Part shown: positions 25,279-29,523 of the stretch, in pieces | How positions within the stretch are numbered: position 1 is the first letter of the stretch | Layout of the letters: every line of letters begins with the position of its first letter | Notes under the pieces: generated by a model | Told to the model about the DNA's origin: nothing | The model's database searches: none | Seen by the model: the letters and a program-made list of their open reading frames with translations, nothing else | Translations under genes and position numbers: made by a program | IMG/VR virus record: IMGVR_UViG_3300032237_000566 | Location: 1 to 29,523 of that record | Direction: 5' to 3' (one strand) | DNA: 29,523 nt | Source of the DNA: a virus | Lineage: Duplodnaviria; Caudoviricetes

Positions 25279-27935
25279 TCGAAGTCAAACAAACTGGTAA
25301 ATGTATTTTCTGTGTTGGTTGCTGACGCCAAGTCCCATTCCAACACACCCAACAGGTTATCAACCTTGCCGTCTACAACTGTGGCTTCCATCTCCGAATC
25401 ATCAAATGGCAATGCAGTAAACCAAGCAGGTAGTCGTTGTTCATCGGTGGGATAACCGATGCTGGTCCAACCCAAGGCATTTGATTTGAGTTTGCAAACA
25501 ATAGTTTTCATACCGTCTACAATCTGCATTGAGTAGTTGTCACCGTTCATTCGGCGCATGTTGTTCCAGTTGATAGCGGCCCGCACATGTCCTGGCATGT
25601 TGGCTTTGCCCAGGCGTGTTTCTTCTGCCTGGTACTTGGTCAAGTTATTCACACGCTTGGGCGAACCTTTTTCCCAGCCCGGACGCTCTTTGAACTCGTA
25701 TTTGAATTCTCTAATGCGTTCCACAATCTCATCTCGACCCGCACCAGCCAGCAGTTTATTTAGAATTTCCAAAAGGAAGTCTTGAATTACTCGGGGGGTG
25801 TCTGATCGCTTTAGATCCAGGCCAGTGGCCTTGGTTTTGCCAATTGAGCCATTCACATCCAGTCGCTTGCCTTCAATATCAATGGCATTGACAGCATAAC
25901 GCTTCTTGGTAATGAACAAGCCACGGTCTGCTACTGTTTCACGACCGCACTTGATCAATGAACCCATGTCTCTGGGACAATGAAAAGCCTGTTCCATGAA
26001 ACCAGGGAAACTCGAGTTGACTTGTTCAGCAAGGCTGTCATACAGTTGAATACAAGCCTCTTTTGACCATGCCATGCGCCCTTCTTCGATTTCTTTCTTG
26101 AGCGCCGGCCATGCACTGAAGTAACACGAGTCTGTGTCACCATATATAACTGCCGTTCCCACATGGTCGTATTCGCCTGTGATACACTCATTAAGATAAG
26201 CGTCCATGTGCCGGGCAATTGAACGACCAGTAAGTGTTGTTGACTGTCCAATACGTTTGTCAAAGAACCTACAGCCCGGGTTAAGAATAGCGCCGTAGAG
26301 ACTGTTGAGGTTAATCTTTTTAACCAGTTGTCGTTTGTCCCAAAAAGCAATTTCTTTAGCATCTCGTGCTTCCTTCTTTCGAGCCTGAAGTTCTTGACGT
26401 TCACGATACCAACGTTCCAGCAAGCCAGGTATAATGCCCTTCTTCTCAAATGAGAGAATAGTACCATTAGCAGTGAGTATCCAAGGTTGGTTTGAGTCAA
26501 AGATTATGTTCCAGATCTCCGCGGCTGAGTGTATGCTCTCTTTGCCGTTCTCCCAGTCTATGGTAATCTCTGTACCACGCTCTTGATTCATCACGGCTGT
26601 GTATTCTAAACTGGCAAAGATACCTTCCCAGGCAGCCGCAAAACTCTGACCCTTGGCCATGTTGGCTCGGATCAGTCGCTCAGTCATGGTCTGGCGCAGT
26701 TGTCCTACCACAGTCTCTGGACCCATGTTCATGGCACGAATTGCCGACGGATACAAACTGTTGATGTCAACTGATCCAATCCACTCATGCACACCTTTTT
26801 TGGGATAGGCCACATAAGCACCTGCGGCCTGTGTGTCTTCATCTGTTAGACGTTGCTTGCGATTGGGCACAACCATGCCACGTTCATGTGCTTCGTTGAT
26901 GATGGCCTGCTCAGTCACTGCCACAGCACCCATAGTGGTTTGAAGCAGTACTGTGTTGGCGTGTGCCAGTTCGTTGGCCAGATCCAAGAAACGTAGTTTT
27001 TTGTCCAGTTTGCCAATCAAGGCAGTATCTTGCCTGTTGTATTCAATGAATGTACGAAAGTGTTGATTGTACAAAGTATCCAGTGTGCCTTCAAACTGTG
27101 TCTTGCGCTCGCCCAGTTCGTATTCACAAATGGCATCCAAACTATAACTGTGACGTTCTTCATAGGTGTACTTGCGATACAGTTGCATATAGTCCATATG
27201 CACACGACCAATCAAGTCATAGGTTTCGTTTTCGGCACCAAAGCGTTCGAACACCCGTTTCTTGGGCAATTGTCCCCACAAACAGAATTTACGTGTGTCA
27301 TCTTTTGATAGCACTCGCACACATCGGTTTACAGTATAGGGAATGTCATAGCCTTCTGAGTTCCAACCTGATAACACATCTGCATCGTCAATCAGGTCAA
27401 GAAATGTTTTGATCATGTCTGCTTCGTCGGCAAACAAGATGGTATTTTCAAAATCCCGGACCAGTTCGTGTGCAGTCTCCCAACTGAGATGCCGGGGTGG
27501 TACTGCCAGTGTTACTAATTGATCCAGCCAGTCTAAGTAGACTGAAATCGCAGTAATGGGATTAAAAGGGTCTGATACCGGTGAGAAGCCGCGATCTTTA
27601 TCAAACGCCACCTCAATGTCAAAAAACGCTGTGTGAAGTTCAGGCGCATCTTGATCTTTGTAGTTTTCTTCAAGGCATCTAAAGATTGGATTGATGTCGC
27701 TTTCATAAAGTGGCTTATGGCCATGAACGCGGACTTCCTTGCGGAACTCTTTGTTGTTTCTTGTGCTGAATCTTGCGACAGGTGTGCCATAGATGCTTTG
27801 AAATTTACCTCGGGGATCATCATAGTAGAAAACGTAGTTTGCTGGATATTCCCTATAGACTCGTTCGCCATTGCGGCGTTCTACTGTGTGAATGCGATCG
27901 TGTTCACGATCAAATAGTGCGTCAATATAACTCAA
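25275..27935 (-). CDS. Family B DNA polymerase (T4 gp43-like)
   Basis: Exo motifs FFDIEV, GWNSEGYDIPY, YNRQD; polymerase motifs DINSLYPS, KKINLNSLYG, YGDTDS, KKRY. TTG start after GGAG. Confidence 0.97.
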   Translation of the reverse strand: MSYIDALFDREHDRIHTVERRNGERVYREYPANYVFYYDDPRGKFQSIYGTPVARFSTRNNKEFRKEVRVHGHKPLYESDINPIFRCLEENYKDQDAPELHTAFFDIEVAFDKDRGFSPVSDPFNPITAISVYLDWLDQLVTLAVPPRHLSWETAHELVRDFENTILFADEADMIKTFLDLIDDADVLSGWNSEGYDIPYTVNRCVRVLSKDDTRKFCLWGQLPKKRVFERFGAENETYDLIGRVHMDYMQLYRKYTYEERHSYSLDAICEYELGERKTQFEGTLDTLYNQHFRTFIEYNRQDTALIGKLDKKLRFLDLANELAHANTVLLQTTMGAVAVTEQAIINEAHERGMVVPNRKQRLTDEDTQAAGAYVAYPKKGVHEWIGSVDINSLYPSAIRAMNMGPETVVGQLRQTMTERLIRANMAKGQSFAAAWEGIFASLEYTAVMNQERGTEITIDWENGKESIHSAAEIWNIIFDSNQPWILTANGTILSFEKKGIIPGLLERWYRERQELQARKKEARDAKEIAFWDKRQLVKKINLNSLYGAILNPGCRFFDKRIGQSTTLTGRSIARHMDAYLNECITGEYDHVGTAVIYGDTDSCYFSAWPALKKEIEEGRMAWSKEACIQLYDSLAEQVNSSFPGFMEQAFHCPRDMGSLIKCGRETVADRGLFITKKRYAVNAIDIEGKRLDVNGSIGKTKATGLDLKRSDTPRVIQDFLLEILNKLLAGAGRDEIVERIREFKYEFKERPGWEKGSPKRVNNLTKYQAEETRLGKANMPGHVRAAINWNNMRRMNGDNYSMQIVDGMKTIVCKLKSNALGWTSIGYPTDEQRLPAWFTALPFDDSEMEATVVDGKVDNLLGVLEWDLASATNTENTFTSLFDFE

Positions 27936-27944
27936 TTTTTCTCC

Positions 27945-27995
27945 ATTTGTGGCTGGTAGGCCATGCTACATGCTCGTGTCGTGAGCGACTCGATG
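27945..27995 (-). promoter_or_regulatory. Candidate structured 5' leader of the DNA polymerase gene
   Basis: Two short hairpins (GCTC-7-GAGC at 27986-27972; TGGC-6-GCCA at 27963-27950) just upstream of the GGAG RBS, preceded by GATAAGTA. Confidence 0.4.
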
Positions 27996-29093
27996 TTACT
28001 TATCTGTGCCAACAAAGTAATTGTTAATTTTGCCTTCACGGTTCAAGTCATTGGTAATGCAGTGTACTCCAGCGTCCCAAAAATATCTGTGCCTAAATGC
28101 ACTCACATGTACTTCGATGCCATGTCTAGCACAGGCAGCCTCAACTTGATCATTGTGAGAACTCACCACAATATTATTTTGATCAATTACCAAAATGTTG
28201 ACATCAAACACAGTTTCGCTGGCATTGCCAACCCACGAATCAAAATAGTAATCTACCATGTGCGCAAGATTAGGATCAGATTCAAAGCCCGGTATGTTCC
28301 AACGTCCGCGATTCATTTTCATACTGGATCTAAATTCCACTGTGTCGGCATAGTTGCTGGGTGGCAAGTATACCACTTCCCAGTCTGGGAATGTATCTGC
28401 GTATGTGGGAATGTCTCTGAGACTGATAATCAAACCAGGTGTGACCGGACAATAGGTAGCATCGCCATGGCCACCTGCGTTGACAATGTGATTGTGTGTG
28501 TGGGGAAAGTTTTGGTTGACTTGATTCAGCAGTTGACTTTGGTCTTGATCATAACTCTGTGTGGCAAAAAATAAATCTTGACCAATGCGACTTACAAAAC
28601 AACCAGACACCACATCAAGGTCAGTGTAACGAACACAATTGCCTTGTGCTTGAACATGGCTGAAAATATTTTGATAGCACAGCAATTTTGTTTGATGCTC
28701 CAGTAGATCTTGAACGTCAAACTCTGCTCGATCAAGTTTTGTTTGTTTGGCAAATGCACGTTCTGCATGTGATCTGTTTGGTACGCCGGGAACCCACAAT
28801 TGATCGTGGATCATTATAAAAAAGTCTCTGGGCGCCACCGGAGGAGCAATCCAACGATCTTGTATTTTCAAACCACTGGGATCCTCGGGCAGTTGAGGCC
28901 GCAGTACACGGATTCCGAACCGGCCTTGTAATAAACTGACTAGGCCTTGATAATCTTGTTCGGTTTCTTCTGCCAGTTGCTCAAAGCGACGGCGTGTATT
29001 TGCGTCTTGGATCCAGTTGTAAAAATCCGGCGGGTAGGTCCGACCAATCACGCATACCTTGAGTGGATCCCAGTGTTGAAATACCGAATACAT
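27996..29093 (-). CDS. Amidinotransferase (glycine / inosamine-phosphate amidinotransferase-like, pentein fold)
   Basis: WDPLKVCVIG, PRDFFIMI, GHGDATYCPVTPGLII, FDVNILVID, RHRYFWDAGVHCIT (catalytic His and Cys). Confidence 0.82.
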   Translation of the reverse strand: MYSVFQHWDPLKVCVIGRTYPPDFYNWIQDANTRRRFEQLAEETEQDYQGLVSLLQGRFGIRVLRPQLPEDPSGLKIQDRWIAPPVAPRDFFIMIHDQLWVPGVPNRSHAERAFAKQTKLDRAEFDVQDLLEHQTKLLCYQNIFSHVQAQGNCVRYTDLDVVSGCFVSRIGQDLFFATQSYDQDQSQLLNQVNQNFPHTHNHIVNAGGHGDATYCPVTPGLIISLRDIPTYADTFPDWEVVYLPPSNYADTVEFRSSMKMNRGRWNIPGFESDPNLAHMVDYYFDSWVGNASETVFDVNILVIDQNNIVVSSHNDQVEAACARHGIEVHVSAFRHRYFWDAGVHCITNDLNREGKINNYFVGTDK

Positions 29094-29354
29094 TTAGAGT
29101 GTTTTGCCCACAGTTTCCAAAATAGTTTCTAGTGTTTCGTGATCTTGTTTCTCTCGGCCAAATTCGGCCTTGTGTGCCAGTTTGATGGCCTTTTTCAAAA
29201 TAGCCGGCTTGACTTCCAGTTCTTCTGCCACGGCTTTGATAGTGTCATTGAGACCACCTTGCAGTGTGTCAATTTCATGCATGACCTGCATGCCCTCATT
29301 GATGATTTGGGTGAGTTTGATCTTTTGTTCACCGTTGAATGTTTTTGCTGACAT
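29094..29354 (-). CDS. Small dsDNA-binding protein (T4 DsbA / GapR-like)
   Basis: 86-aa all-helical protein (L..II.E......I......I...K...EEL...P..LKK.I.L.HK..F...), matching the DsbA/GapR pattern. AGGAG RBS. Confidence 0.65.
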   Translation of the reverse strand: MSAKTFNGEQKIKLTQIINEGMQVMHEIDTLQGGLNDTIKAVAEELEVKPAILKKAIKLAHKAEFGREKQDHETLETILETVGKTL

Positions 29355-29375
29355 AGAGAAATCTCCTAAAACACT

Positions 29376-29403
29376 ATTATAACAGATATTCAGGAGATGT
29401 CAA
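29376..29403 (-). promoter_or_regulatory. sigma70-type promoter (TTGACA-N16-TATAAT, extended -10) with anti-SD in the spacer
   Basis: TTGACA at 29403-29398 and TATAAT at 29381-29376. ATCTCCT (29398-29392) is the exact complement of AGGAGAT (29367-29361). Confidence 0.8.
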
Positions 29404-29409
29404 CTTGTA

Positions 29410-29485
29410 TGTGCTCGTTTTGGGCCGCCGGGTAGCGAATCCTTTGGCCCAGGCAGAAGCCGCCCACTCGGTCCTAAGGCTGAGT
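29410..29485 (-). ncRNA. Candidate structured RNA (three consecutive GC-rich stems)
   Basis: ACTC..CCTTAGG..GAGT, GGGCGG-CTT-CTGCCT and TGGGCC...GGCCCA in a GC-rich intergenic segment. No family recognised. Confidence 0.4.
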
Positions 29486-29523
29486 TAATGGGCCGCTTTG
29501 CGGCTGTGTTCTCTACGACGTTG
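29485..29523 (-). CDS. 3' end of an upstream gene (partial, ...QRRREHSRKAAH*)
   Basis: Open frame from the window edge to TAA at 29487-29485. Confidence 0.4.
   Translation of the reverse strand, partial: QRRREHSRKAAH

Noticed and set aside
25275-27935. Intein, intron or split in the DNA polymerase
   Set aside because: 886 aa is a normal gp43-like length, all motifs are contiguous, and no intein splice motifs or homing endonuclease are seen.
29410-29485. tRNA, HDV-like ribozyme or intrinsic terminator
   Set aside because: No cloverleaf or TTC-containing T arm; a nested double pseudoknot could not be built by eye; no U-tract follows the stems on the minus (sense) strand.
1-29523. CRISPR array, tRNA genes, IS elements, alternative genetic code, or a cellular origin
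   Set aside because: No repeat-spacer arrays, cloverleafs or transposases were seen. TAA, TAG and TGA all terminate full-length genes. A gp43/gp45/RNase H/DsbA-like set with tight overlaps indicates a phage.

Overview
This window is a gene-dense segment of a large T4-like (myovirus-type) bacteriophage genome, read in the standard code and almost entirely on the minus strand. Replication genes (family B DNA polymerase with a TTG start, gp45-like sliding clamp, RNase H/FEN nuclease, DsbA-like protein) bracket a roughly 18 kb modification island. The island carries a 7-deazaguanine pathway: a DpdA/TGT-like transglycosylase coupled to the clamp gene, FolE, two different QueD-like T-fold proteins and a QueE with an expanded Cys motif, but no recognisable QueC, QueF or ArcS. 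These genes are interleaved with tailoring enzymes: a GT-B glycosyltransferase, two paralogous GT-A glycosyltransferases flanking a cobalamin-dependent radical SAM enzyme, methyltransferases, GalE, an SDR, a short DegT aminotransferase, a Rieske oxygenase, a PP-loop protein, HIT, a cytidylyltransferase and, upstream of the polymerase, an amidinotransferase. The best candidate for a new system is a QueC-independent, possibly glycosylated or otherwise hypermodified deazaguanine DNA base. The intergenic DNA shows near-consensus sigma70 promoters, a recurring TAANTA late-promoter-like motif, and three cases where a promoter sits inside a hairpin that would sequester or overlap the downstream ribosome-binding site. 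Two structured leader RNA candidates are also present. All functional calls come from motif recognition by eye; no database searches or folding programs were run.
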